Source: an uncultured bacterium
GTDB lineage: Bacteria; Chlamydiota; Chlamydiia; Chlamydiales; JAJFMA01
Assembly (NCBI GenBank): GCA_964436955.1
Contig: CAYTFC010000002.1
Coordinates: 583 to 64,582, forward strand
DNA length: 64,000 nucleotides
Reading direction: 5' to 3'
The notes beneath the pieces were generated by a model. The model ran no database searches. It had not been told where the DNA came from and worked only from the letters and a program-made list of their open reading frames with translations. Position 1 is the first letter of the stretch, and each line of letters begins with the position of its first letter. Below are positions 34,833 to 44,653 of the stretch, in pieces. A program made the position numbers and the translations under genes.

Positions 34833-36074
34833 TTATGCTGCTTGATCTTCTAGTGGCTTGTTGCGAAGCCAGTTATCTAGCTTTTCTCGAGATTCGGTAT
34901 GTGCATCGGAGAGTCCAAACCAGAGATCCTCGTCATCCTTTGGTCTCTCGGTTTTTCCGATAAGCGCCTCAGGTAAGGAGTCAAAAATAGATTGACCCAT
35001 TGGGTCGTGTGCATGTTTCGATTCGACTTCGAGCATATGGAATTGATCATCAGCACCAATATTGTGGATGCGTTGCTTAAATTCCTTGTCCGTTCCTTTG
35101 GGCATATTCGTGTCTTTAGTTCCATTAACAATCAAGCATCTGCCTGTCAGGTGTTCGAGCCGATCTATAGTGTTAAAAATATTCGATTTTTCATATTTTT
35201 TCCTAGAGACCTTCCTGAGCGCTTTTGGTAGATGGGTTCTATCCTTCATAAAAGTATTCACAACACTAGACATCTTTGTGAAGGTGCGTTCAAGCACTAC
35301 ATCCACATTTCTAGCTGTTCCCAACTGAGCTGCGGCTGCGCCTCCTAGAGAATACCCCATCACTTTTACGCGAGATTCAATATTCGGGTCAGAACTTCTT
35401 TCTCTAACTTTTTCACACATCTTATCAAATGCCGCTTGGGTATCCTCATAGATATGTTTTTCCGTGCGTGTTCCTTTACTTTTTCCGAATCCAGCGTAGT
35501 TAAAAATCATGACATCATGACCCATTTCGGTAAGAGATTGGACCATAGGGAGGACATAATTTTCACAGCTGATGTGACTTCCGCTACACAGTAGGATGGT
35601 TTGGTTCGTGGCGGGGTCGTTGAACAATTTGTCGGACGTACTGCTAAAAAACATAGCTTCCAATTCACGTTTACTTTCGCCACTGCCGGATTCTACTACC
35701 ATCGTTCTGCAAGTCCAGGGGAAGACTTTTTCGTTACTCAACCCTTCTTTGACGGGTATGTTTTCTGGGTGTTGTAAGGAAGCTCGCAAGTCCTTGTTAA
35801 TTTTTTTGGCGTTGTAATCCCCAATGGACGCAGTCTGCATAAGCCATTTGGCGGCTTTCGAGGCTCCTCCATGGTCATTATGTATTTGTAAAGTCGTATG
35901 AGGGGGGTGGTTCGGTAATTCTATTGTGCTTTTGCCTACATTCATTTGGGCGATGTGCTGAATGTGATTGTCAATTTGTTGGGGAGTGACCTGCGCAACT
36001 GGGGTGCTTTCCGGCGCTTCCTTACTATTAGATTGGTCAATAGAATGTTGCTGCAATGGAAGATTACTTTCCAT
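34833..36074 (-). CDS. Alpha/beta hydrolase, paralogue 2
   Basis: Same motifs (GYSLGGAAAA; GTKDTNMP; SKHAHDP). The N-terminal ~70 aa diverge from paralogue 1. Confidence 0.75.
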   Translation of the reverse strand: MESNLPLQQHSIDQSNSKEAPESTPVAQVTPQQIDNHIQHIAQMNVGKSTIELPNHPPHTTLQIHNDHGGASKAAKWLMQTASIGDYNAKKINKDLRASLQHPENIPVKEGLSNEKVFPWTCRTMVVESGSGESKRELEAMFFSSTSDKLFNDPATNQTILLCSGSHISCENYVLPMVQSLTEMGHDVMIFNYAGFGKSKGTRTEKHIYEDTQAAFDKMCEKVRERSSDPNIESRVKVMGYSLGGAAAAQLGTARNVDVVLERTFTKMSSVVNTFMKDRTHLPKALRKVSRKKYEKSNIFNTIDRLEHLTGRCLIVNGTKDTNMPKGTDKEFKQRIHNIGADDQFHMLEVESKHAHDPMGQSIFDSLPEALIGKTERPKDDEDLWFGLSDAHTESREKLDNWLRNKPLEDQAA

Positions 36075-36228
36075 AAATAGCCTATTTGTTGGATTTACTA
36101 TTATCTTATTATATTATAATTTTTATTTATTAATAAATATGACTTGATGAGTTACTAGCGATTGGAGTGGAAAAGAAAAAGTAAGATCGGCATTCTGAGT
36201 GCAAAAAATCTAGATAGGAGCGAAATCA

Positions 36229-38328
36229 GTGAAGCACGATTGGACCCTTGAGGAAATTCGCGAAATTCATGATTCTCCTCTTATGGAATTGGTGTTGCGA
36301 GCGAGTGATGTACACCGAAAGTACCATAAGGCGGGAGAAGTCCAATGCAGTCAGCTGATTAACGTAAAATTTGGAGGGTGCGAGGAAGATTGTTCCTATT
36401 GTGCCCAGGCAGCGCGTTACCACACAGGAGTAACCGCTCAGCCTTTTTTGACTGTTGACGAAGTGCGGAAGCAGGCGGAAGCCTGCAAAGCTCAAGGAGT
36501 TACACGCATTTGCCTGAGCGTTGCTTGGCGCCAGGTGCGTAACGGCAAGGCTTTTGACCAAATTCTTGAAATGGTCAAGGTTGTCAAAGAACTGGGGTTA
36601 GAACCTTGCTGCACTTTGGGAATGTTGCAAGAAGAGCATGTGGCGCGTCTAAAAGATGCTGGGATTTATGCCATTAATCATAATCTCGACTCTTCCTCAA
36701 ATTTTTACGACAAGATCATTAGCACACGCACCTATTCCGATCGCTTGGACACCCTTAAGCGTGTAATGGATGCCAAAGTTTCTGTGTGCTGTGGCGGAAT
36801 TATTGGCTTGGGTGAAGAGCTTGAAGATCGTTTAATGCTGCTTCAAACACTTTCTTCTTTTGACCCTCATCCTGGCTCTGTCCCGATCAACTTGCTATCG
36901 CGGGTGAAAGGAACTCCCTTAGAGGAAGGCCCAAAGGTTACGGGTTGGGAATTGCTGCGGATGGTAGCTACAGCGCGCATTTTAATGCCTAAGTCTATGG
37001 TGCGATTATCCTCGGGGCGTCTAGAACTATCCGTTGCACAACAAGCGCTTTGCTTTCTGGCGGGAGCTAATTCCGTGCATGTGGGCGATAGATTATTAGC
37101 GACACCTAATCCAGAGCATCATGTTGACTGGGATATGTTTAGAATGTTGGGACTAACCAAACAGGCAGCTTATCAAAGGGTTGAGAACACGAAACTTCAA
37201 GCTGTGCCGGTTGAAATAATGATGAAAGAGGCTCTTACGAAACGCGCTAATGAAGGAATTTTGCGTAAACTGACTTTAGCCGAAAATTGCGTAGATCTCG
37301 CTTCAAATGACTATCTTGGCTTTGCTCAATCTACCGATTTGCTAGAACGTATTGCGCAGGAAGAAGGTAGAGTGGGCGCTACAGGTTCTCGTCTGCTTAC
37401 AGGAAATACTGCTTATGCCATACAGCTTGAAGAGCAGATAGCTTCCTCTCAGCAGGCGGAAGCGGCACTTCTCTATAATTCCGGATACACAGCCAATCTC
37501 GGGTTGCTTTCTTGTATTATGGGGAAAGAGGATACGGTCATTTTAGATACTCAATCCCATGCCTCCACATGGGATGGCGCAAAGACCTCCGGAGCGCGAC
37601 TCCTAGTCTTTCGCCATAACGATCTTGAAAGCCTTGAAACTCAGTTGAAGAAGGCTCAAGGGCGTATTTTTGTTTGCGTCGAATCTCTATATTCTATGAG
37701 CGGCGATATTGCACCATTAGATAGTTTGTGCGATTTGTGTGAACGCTATAGCGCCAATCTTATTGTAGACGAAGCGCATGCCACTGGTCTTTTCGGTATG
37801 GGTGGACGCGGCATTGTCAATGCGCATCGTCTAGAAAAACGTGTCTTTGCGCGAGTGCACACCTTTAGCAAAGCGCTTGGGGCTCATGGAGCTGTTGTTT
37901 TAGGTAGCGCCGCGTTGAAAGAATACCTGCTTAATTTCTCTAGACCTCTAATTTACGCGACTGCTTTACCACCTCACGCTCTTGTCACCATTCGCTGTGC
38001 TTATGAGCGCATGCTGACTTCTGATGATGCGCGCCATCGTCTTCATAGGCTGATCGTTACCTTTAAAGAACGCGCGCAACAATCTGAATTGTCCATTCGT
38101 GTCACAGATACGCCTATTCAAACGATACAAGTTGGTGGTCAACAGGCACGGGAGCTCTCTGCAGTGTTGGCACAGGCAAAAATTGACGTGCGAGCTATCC
38201 TGCCACCAACAGTAAGAAAGGGAGAAGAGTGTTTAAGAGTATGTTTGCATGCCTTTAATACTCAACTAGACATAGATTTGCTATTTGATGCACTTGAGAA
38301 TGTTCGGATTGAGAGAGATTGCATATGA
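36229..38328 (+). CDS. bioB-bioF: Fusion protein: biotin synthase (BioB) N-terminal half plus 8-amino-7-oxononanoate synthase (BioF) C-terminal half
   Basis: Radical-SAM CEEDCSYCAQ and BioB core in aa 1-~320. Then SNDYLGF, DEAHATG and the PLP lysine HTFSKALG of BioF. No stop codon between the two halves. GTG start with an AGGAG SD. Confidence 0.9.
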   Translation: MKHDWTLEEIREIHDSPLMELVLRASDVHRKYHKAGEVQCSQLINVKFGGCEEDCSYCAQAARYHTGVTAQPFLTVDEVRKQAEACKAQGVTRICLSVAWRQVRNGKAFDQILEMVKVVKELGLEPCCTLGMLQEEHVARLKDAGIYAINHNLDSSSNFYDKIISTRTYSDRLDTLKRVMDAKVSVCCGGIIGLGEELEDRLMLLQTLSSFDPHPGSVPINLLSRVKGTPLEEGPKVTGWELLRMVATARILMPKSMVRLSSGRLELSVAQQALCFLAGANSVHVGDRLLATPNPEHHVDWDMFRMLGLTKQAAYQRVENTKLQAVPVEIMMKEALTKRANEGILRKLTLAENCVDLASNDYLGFAQSTDLLERIAQEEGRVGATGSRLLTGNTAYAIQLEEQIASSQQAEAALLYNSGYTANLGLLSCIMGKEDTVILDTQSHASTWDGAKTSGARLLVFRHNDLESLETQLKKAQGRIFVCVESLYSMSGDIAPLDSLCDLCERYSANLIVDEAHATGLFGMGGRGIVNAHRLEKRVFARVHTFSKALGAHGAVVLGSAALKEYLLNFSRPLIYATALPPHALVTIRCAYERMLTSDDARHRLHRLIVTFKERAQQSELSIRVTDTPIQTIQVGGQQARELSAVLAQAKIDVRAILPPTVRKGEECLRVCLHAFNTQLDIDLLFDALENVRIERDCI

Positions 38329-38960
38329 GCATTATAACGGTCACAGGCATCGACACAGAGGTAGGGAAGACAGTGACTTCGGCAATCCTCATGCAAGCGC
38401 TCGATGCGGACTATTGGAAGCCTGTGCAAACAGGTGCTGAGGAAGGAAGAGACACGGAAACCGTGCAAAATTTGGTCGATAGTCCACACTCACAATATTA
38501 TCCCGAGGCCTATTGCCTAAATATTCCCGCGTCTCCGCATTACTGTGCGCATGTTCAGGGCATCGATCTTTCGCATCACATTAGTCCACCCGAAACTACT
38601 AGACCATTAGTGATCGAAGGAGCCGGGGGAGCCCTTTGCCCCTTCAATCACACACATCTTATGGTGGATGTGCTGTCCCAATGGCCATCCTTATGGGTTA
38701 TTGTCTGTAAACATCGACTGGGCAGCATTAATCACTCCCTTATGACCGTTGAGGCTCTACGTAAACGCAATCTTCCTATTTTAGGCTTTGTGTTTAATGG
38801 CGAGGACAAATCCAATTCTGAACAGTACATCACAGCATACACAAAACTACCGGTTATTGGACGTATTAGCACGGAAACAACAATTGACCGCAGTATAATC
38901 ACAGGATATGCGAACTCATGGAAAGAAGCACTTGTGGCCCGATTGTCAGCGCGAATCTAG
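38325..38960 (+). CDS. bioD: Dethiobiotin synthetase
   Basis: P-loop GIDTEVGKT. ATG 38325 overlaps the bioBF stop (ATGA). The ORF-track TTG at 38319 is less likely. Confidence 0.9.
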   Translation: MSIITVTGIDTEVGKTVTSAILMQALDADYWKPVQTGAEEGRDTETVQNLVDSPHSQYYPEAYCLNIPASPHYCAHVQGIDLSHHISPPETTRPLVIEGAGGALCPFNHTHLMVDVLSQWPSLWVIVCKHRLGSINHSLMTVEALRKRNLPILGFVFNGEDKSNSEQYITAYTKLPVIGRISTETTIDRSIITGYANSWKEALVARLSARI

Positions 38961-40216
38961 CTATTGATCAACAGCATATATGGCATCCCTTCACGCAACA
39001 TGCGACGTCAGCACCGTCTTTGTGTATTGAGAGAGGAGAAGGCGTTTATCTCTATACAGACCAAGGTGAGCGCTACCTTGATGCCATAAGTTCTTGGTAT
39101 ACAAGTCTTCACGGCCATTGCCATCCTCAGATTGTAAAGAGTATCCAAGAGCAAACCGCAACGCTTGATCACATTATGTTTGCAGGCTTAACTCACCAAC
39201 CCGCGTGTGAATTGGCAAAAAAACTTCTAGATATCCTTCCAGATAATCTCAATAGAGTTTTTTATGCCGATAACGGCTCAACAGCTATCGAAGCAGCCGT
39301 AAAAATAGCTATTCAGTATTGGTATAATCAGGAGGAATCACGTCTTCAAATTGTTACCTTCCGAAATGGTTATCATGGAGATACTCTTGGATCTATGTCA
39401 GTAGCGGATCGAGGTCCTTTTTCCACGCCTTTTCAGTCGCATCTATTTGATATCACGCTAATTGATCCACCTGAAGTAGGCAAAGAGAAAGATGCCTACG
39501 TTCAATTGCAAAAAGCTATTAGAGATAAACCGACCGCCTGCTTTATTTTTGAGCCATTGCTGCAGGGAATTGCGGGCTTTCGCACCTATTCTCTTACGGG
39601 TTTGGATAAGCTTATAGGTCTTTGCCGCGAACAGGGCGTGATCACTATTGCTGACGAGGTGTTGACTGGACTTGGACGCACAGGGCCGCTTTTCTGCAGC
39701 TCTACATTGGAAAACAAGCCCGACATGATCTGTCTTGCCAAGGGGTTAACAGGAGGCTCTCTTACTCTCGCAGCCGTAGCTTGTACTGAGCACATTTTTG
39801 CAGGTTTTCTGTCGTCTGAAAGACGTAAAGCATTTCTGCACGGACACTCTTACACAGCCAATCCAATAGCCTGCGCAGCCGCCTTAGCCAACTTGCGCAT
39901 TCTTGATACTAAAGAGTGTGAAGATCAGCGTCAGTTTATTCAGAAGCAACATGAAGCCTTTCGCCTTCAATGGGGCAATCATCCTAGATTGAAAAGGTGT
40001 GAAGTGATAGGCACCATACTTGCTCTGGACTATGTCGACGATCAACATAGCTACTACAGTACTTTTCGAGATCGTCTCTTGAACTTTTTCATGGAACGTC
40101 GCATTCTTTTACGGCCCTTTGGTAACAACGTTCATGTTATTCCTCCCTACTGTATAACCAGGGAGGAGCTCAATACCATTTACCAAGCGCTTTCAGATAG
40201 TCTAGAGGAACTTTAA
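38918..40216 (+). CDS. bioA: Adenosylmethionine-8-amino-7-oxononanoate aminotransferase
   Basis: HIWHPFTQ N-terminus, ADEVLTGLGRTG, and the PLP lysine in LAKGLTGG. Overlaps bioD by 43 nt. Confidence 0.9.
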   Translation: MERSTCGPIVSANLAIDQQHIWHPFTQHATSAPSLCIERGEGVYLYTDQGERYLDAISSWYTSLHGHCHPQIVKSIQEQTATLDHIMFAGLTHQPACELAKKLLDILPDNLNRVFYADNGSTAIEAAVKIAIQYWYNQEESRLQIVTFRNGYHGDTLGSMSVADRGPFSTPFQSHLFDITLIDPPEVGKEKDAYVQLQKAIRDKPTACFIFEPLLQGIAGFRTYSLTGLDKLIGLCREQGVITIADEVLTGLGRTGPLFCSSTLENKPDMICLAKGLTGGSLTLAAVACTEHIFAGFLSSERRKAFLHGHSYTANPIACAAALANLRILDTKECEDQRQFIQKQHEAFRLQWGNHPRLKRCEVIGTILALDYVDDQHSYYSTFRDRLLNFFMERRILLRPFGNNVHVIPPYCITREELNTIYQALSDSLEEL

Positions 40217-40803
40217 TGCAAAAAACGCTCGTATCATTGCTTGCTGATCCCTTTATGCATGCGAAATGGCTCAATACCCTTTCCTATATGGAAAATGAGG
40301 GGGCCAAGCTCATGGCAGGTTGTGAGCATCCCACGCTAGTGCCTGAGCAAATGCTGAAACACGCAGCGGAAGAGTTTCGCCATGCTTACTATTTGAAGAG
40401 TCAAATCAGTAAGGTTTGGCCTGATGGAATCGCTGACTATAGCGTTTCCACGCTATTGGGAGGCTATCAGTCCTATCATTATATGCGTCGTTTAAATGCT
40501 CGTGTCAGTCGAATGATCAAACAACTTGGATATGCTGGTCTTACCCTTAGAGGGACTGCTTATGCACTAGTTTCCTATGCCATTGAAGTACGCGCCCATG
40601 TTCTTTATCCCGCATATCAAGACCTTCTGCTCGCTGAAAAATCGCGCGTGAGCGTTCGGAGCATCATTTTGGAGGAAGCAGAACATTTAGAGGAAATGAC
40701 CGCAGCAATTGAAGAACTCACTGATGGAAAGAGCTTAGCGCAGAAGGCGTGTCAAATAGAAGACGAATTGTGGCATTCCCTACAACGTGCACTGGAGGCA
40801 TAA
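40216..40803 (+). CDS. Ferritin-like di-iron carboxylate protein (function unknown), co-transcribed with bio genes
   Basis: A duplicated E...ExxH pattern: YMENEGA ... AAEEFRHAYY, and YAIEVRA ... LEEAEHLEEM. The TAATG junction overlaps the bioA stop. Confidence 0.6.
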   Translation: MQKTLVSLLADPFMHAKWLNTLSYMENEGAKLMAGCEHPTLVPEQMLKHAAEEFRHAYYLKSQISKVWPDGIADYSVSTLLGGYQSYHYMRRLNARVSRMIKQLGYAGLTLRGTAYALVSYAIEVRAHVLYPAYQDLLLAEKSRVSVRSIILEEAEHLEEMTAAIEELTDGKSLAQKACQIEDELWHSLQRALEA

Positions 40804-41229
40804 ATGGAAAGTCTCTTATCTAGTTGGTCCGTAATGGCAGAGAGCAAGCTACCAGTACCTGGCGGCTCTAAGATCTGGGCGCGAGTTGAAGAATTTGCTT
40901 CTGTCATCTTAACCGTGGCCGTGTCCATACTTGCGTTCACCATTGCTCCCATTCCCTTTTTAATAGGAACCACGGGATCTTTAGCCTGTCGCTTGATAGT
41001 GCCTCTGATTATGAGAGTATTAAAAAGATCATCGATGATTGTAAATAGCTCGGCATATTCTTTAGCTGGAAACCTTCTGGAAGCCACGTTTATTGCCGGT
41101 TCATTGGTGTGTGCACATCAATTGACGGCTTCAAAAGTAGTGCTAATGCCAATAATTATCTGCACATTATGCGGCTACTATCTACCATTGTCCGCTTATT
41201 ATGAAATTAAAGGGTTACTTTTAAAATAG
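40804..41229 (+). CDS. Small membrane protein with a bilobed hydrophobic segment (Inc-like)
   Basis: The ATG immediately follows the upstream TAA. Has a ~40-aa hydrophobic hairpin (FASVILTVAVSILAFTIAPIPFLIGTTGSLACRLIVPLIM) and a second hydrophobic region. Confidence 0.5.
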   Translation: MESLLSSWSVMAESKLPVPGGSKIWARVEEFASVILTVAVSILAFTIAPIPFLIGTTGSLACRLIVPLIMRVLKRSSMIVNSSAYSLAGNLLEATFIAGSLVCAHQLTASKVVLMPIIICTLCGYYLPLSAYYEIKGLLLK

Positions 41230-41414
41230 CATTACGTCAATTTTTGCAATAAATTGTTACGTGGCGTTTGTAAATTTAATACACAACGATCGTCTCATCA
41301 AAGAAGCTGATAAGAGTTTTGTGGTGGCCGCGACGGGTATTGAAACTGTTCTAGTTGAACAGGAACGTCTTAGGATTTACCTATGATTGTCTCTAACAAA
41401 AAATTGGATTTTGC

Positions 41415-42212
41415 ATGAAATCGCATTTTAAACTGCCTGAAAAGGCGATTATTGGCATGGTTCACATGCCAGCGTTACCCGGAACACCTTACTCTACCTT
41501 GGGTATTCGTGAGATCGTACGAGCTGCGGTTGAAGAAGCTGTAGTGCTGCAAGAATTAGGTTGTGATGCCGTGATGATTGAAAATATGCATGATCGCCCT
41601 CATCTTCTAGGTACAGCTGGTTCAGAAATCATCTCAGCCATGACTGCTGTCGGCGTGGCTGTACGTCAGAAGGTTTCTATTCCAATCGGCGTGCAAGTGT
41701 TAGTAGGAGCTAATGAGCAGTCGTTAGCAGTTGCACAGGCTTGTGAAGCTCAATTCATTCGTGCCGACGTTTTTGTGTTTGCGCATGTATCTAATACGGG
41801 TTTGACCCTTAAGGCGACTGCAGGAACGCTTTTGCGCTATCGCAAAGCTATTGGAGCAACTGATATTGCCATCTATGCGGACGTCAAAAAGAAGCATAGT
41901 AGCCACGCAATTACAGGGGATATTACTATTGCTGATGTTGCCCGTGAAGCTGAATATTGCGGAGCAGATGGAATCATCGTTACTGGCTTAGCGACAGGCT
42001 ATCCCACAAGTCCCGATGATGTAAAAAGTGTTAAAGCAGTCGTTAGCTGCCCTGTATTAGTTGGCAGTGGCGTTACGCCTGATGATATTGGAAGCCTATG
42101 GCCATTGGCCGATGGCTTTATTGTGGGTTCTTATCTCAAGAAAGATGGTAAGTGGCACCAGCCTGTGGACCCATTAAGAGTCAAAATTTTTATGTCCGCC
42201 ATACGCAATTAA
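41415..42212 (+). CDS. BtpA/SgcQ-family TIM-barrel protein
   Basis: N-terminal IGMVHMPALPGTP and overall length/pattern typical of the BtpA family. Confidence 0.75.
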   Translation: MKSHFKLPEKAIIGMVHMPALPGTPYSTLGIREIVRAAVEEAVVLQELGCDAVMIENMHDRPHLLGTAGSEIISAMTAVGVAVRQKVSIPIGVQVLVGANEQSLAVAQACEAQFIRADVFVFAHVSNTGLTLKATAGTLLRYRKAIGATDIAIYADVKKKHSSHAITGDITIADVAREAEYCGADGIIVTGLATGYPTSPDDVKSVKAVVSCPVLVGSGVTPDDIGSLWPLADGFIVGSYLKKDGKWHQPVDPLRVKIFMSAIRN

Positions 42213-44446
42213 TATGGTCGAATACCCAGGGCATCTAGCACGATGACACTGGAGCCAGTTCGATTAAATAGGAAGCGAACGCGAGTGAGGTCGTCAGGAA
42301 CGAACTTAGGATTGACCTTCATAAAATCGCGCATGCGAAAAACGAAACTTTGAAATACTATCTCTGATGCTTCTTCGTCTTCCAAGAAGTCAGCCTTCCA
42401 AATACGGCTCCCCAAAGAGGGTTGAAGACCACTATAATGGCTTAACGGAAGGCTAGCAACATTTCCAGACACATCACTAACCTCTATAGTCATATCGATT
42501 GGTTCTGCACTAGCCTGAAAGGTGGAATCCTTCTCTGGTAGCGGAGACTCCTCTCCGTCTGCCATGCAAAATACCAACGAACTGCTTTCGTCTACATCAA
42601 TACTACCGTCCACTAATTGCACTGTAAAGTTAGGAGTGCCTTCTTGAGAAGCGATGCTCCAACCTAAAAATACAGCACGTGTATCTAGACAACCATATCT
42701 TAAACAGACTTCGTGAACACGCCAAAGACTCAAATACTCACCAAATTGATGGGATCCTTTAATATCGGTACGGGTGACGTCAAGCCCACTTTCAAACGTA
42801 CTAATGTAGCGGTAGGAAGGGTCAGAGTATTGTGTGAGGTAAATGGTGGGAGGAAGCCATGGACCTCCCGATCGATGATCGCGAAACAGCTCTCGATATC
42901 CCTTGTCGCCCCTGAGGGCACTTTCCATAAATGCACTCAGATAGACTTTGGCTACTTGCCGTTGTGCCTCTGGAGCTAGTAAAGGTTTAACATTTAAGAG
43001 ATATGCTTCCAAGGGCCACTGGTCGTAACGTCCCCATTTGGTATTGAATTGGCCGTGATTAGCTCCATAAATATACACAGAGGCTTTAAAAAGATCTTGG
43101 TCCTTTTCAAATAGCACGCGTTCATAAGTAGAAGAACCTTGAAAGGCACGTACATCACTATCATAGGATCCCTGCATGACTAGATAGCTGATATTATGCA
43201 GTTGCGCATGCATCCCAGTGGGAAGGTATTGCCCATCTACTGGCGCTATGGCTGCGACCGCGCGAATGCCAAAGTTGAAGTCGAATGCGATTGTGCAGTC
43301 ATCGGGATAGTAGGGAAGGTCATTAAAAGCTGCCGCTAACGCCACTGCTTCTCCACCACGCGAATGTCCAATCAGGCCTATGCTATCCATATCTACCTTT
43401 TGGTAGAACGGATTGTTAGTTTCATTGTTCCATGCACGCCACAGATTAAGATGCTGCAGAAGCATCCAGGCGCGTGCATTATTACGCCCTATACCCTTCC
43501 AGAGAGTGTGCCAAGAGCTATTTAGGAAGTTTTCGTCTATCGACGCTACAACATATCCTCGGCTCGCAAGCAGCTCTGCCAAATAGGCGTAGCCATCCTC
43601 TGAAGGAAGCTCCATGAGGGTGTTTCCATGAACAATTAGGACGAGGGGGAATGGACCTTTTCCCTCCGGCAACCAAACACGAGCATTTAAAGGAAACTCA
43701 TCTGGTCCAAATCCCCAGTAATAGGAGCGGAAGGAACCTGCCCATCCAGTCCAATCTTTGACAAAAGGACTCGCATCTACGGTAGGAGTGATCAGGGTCA
43801 CTTGAGAGCCATAATGCACTCGGTGAAGGTCTTTCCCACTTCCATATGTAAGAGTTTTAACCTCATACGCACCGCGCAAACTGGGATTGGGCAACTCTAA
43901 GGGGACAATGGTAGCCGTAGATGCCGCGTTTACCGGCATGGCAATGTTTTGGCCATCGCTTAAAGCCCACCATCCAATGTATCCAAACCCGGCGAGACCA
44001 GCCACCAAAGCAATAGTACCTAGGAGTTGACTGAAGAGTCCACGAGGTCTCCTGGAGAGTAGACCTAGCGATGAGCCGACCAACAGCGCGGGCACCAAGA
44101 GGAAAGCAGCCAGAATGAAGGCCATTTTCGTGGTGAGACCATTAAAGGCATAGACAACGAGCAAAAGGGCGGTAACCAATGACCAGGAAAATGTAATAGG
44201 GAGAGCATAGGTTATCCCAACTATTAATAGTCCGGTGAAGGCTAGGATTGTGGCTATTACAACTCCGCCAACGGTAGCGATTGTTGCCGATAGCCATTGG
44301 GGAGCAGTAAGCACATATCCGATGCTAAATAGAATCCATATAGTCAGTGCTGTAATGAAAATGACGAAACCCGCCCATTTCCAAGCGAAGTCTATTTGAT
44401 TGCAGCGCCGCCTAACCCATTCTAGACTGTCCCGATACCATCCCAT
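42209..44446 (-). CDS. Polytopic membrane-anchored alpha/beta hydrolase (lipase / PAF-acetylhydrolase-like)
   Basis: About 6-7 N-terminal TM helices, then VLIVHGN ... GLIGHSRGGEAVALAA (GxSxG). Converges on btpA with a 4-nt TTAA stop overlap. Confidence 0.7.
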   Translation of the reverse strand: MGWYRDSLEWVRRRCNQIDFAWKWAGFVIFITALTIWILFSIGYVLTAPQWLSATIATVGGVVIATILAFTGLLIVGITYALPITFSWSLVTALLLVVYAFNGLTTKMAFILAAFLLVPALLVGSSLGLLSRRPRGLFSQLLGTIALVAGLAGFGYIGWWALSDGQNIAMPVNAASTATIVPLELPNPSLRGAYEVKTLTYGSGKDLHRVHYGSQVTLITPTVDASPFVKDWTGWAGSFRSYYWGFGPDEFPLNARVWLPEGKGPFPLVLIVHGNTLMELPSEDGYAYLAELLASRGYVVASIDENFLNSSWHTLWKGIGRNNARAWMLLQHLNLWRAWNNETNNPFYQKVDMDSIGLIGHSRGGEAVALAAAFNDLPYYPDDCTIAFDFNFGIRAVAAIAPVDGQYLPTGMHAQLHNISYLVMQGSYDSDVRAFQGSSTYERVLFEKDQDLFKASVYIYGANHGQFNTKWGRYDQWPLEAYLLNVKPLLAPEAQRQVAKVYLSAFMESALRGDKGYRELFRDHRSGGPWLPPTIYLTQYSDPSYRYISTFESGLDVTRTDIKGSHQFGEYLSLWRVHEVCLRYGCLDTRAVFLGWSIASQEGTPNFTVQLVDGSIDVDESSSLVFCMADGEESPLPEKDSTFQASAEPIDMTIEVSDVSGNVASLPLSHYSGLQPSLGSRIWKADFLEDEEASEIVFQSFVFRMRDFMKVNPKFVPDDLTRVRFLFNRTGSSVIVLDALGIRPY

Positions 44447-44593
44447 TGAAGATTACCCTCCCTTGGTCTTCATAGAGGAAAAGTACTAAATAGACGAGTC
44501 GTTTCTAAAGAGGGGCTTGATCTGTCCGCTTAGTCTTTATTCTTTACAAAATATAGTAGAATATATTAATATACCGTTCTACTTAAGGAATCT

Positions 44594-44653
44594 ATGATGA
44601 CCAAGATCTTAATCACCTACTCGCCTTTCATGTCGTATTCTATGCGCGGCTAG
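44594..44653 (+). CDS. Candidate 19-aa leader peptide (MMTKILITYSPFMSYSMRG)
   Basis: AAGGAA SD 3-6 nt before the tandem ATGs. The stop TAG lies inside the loop/stem of the following terminator. Confidence 0.25.
   Translation: MMTKILITYSPFMSYSMRG

Noticed and set aside
41383-41418. 11-codon uORF (MIVSNKKLDFA) whose TGA overlaps the btpA-like ATG
   Set aside because: It is too short, has only a weak AGGA upstream, and has nothing to suggest regulation. Noted only as a possibility.
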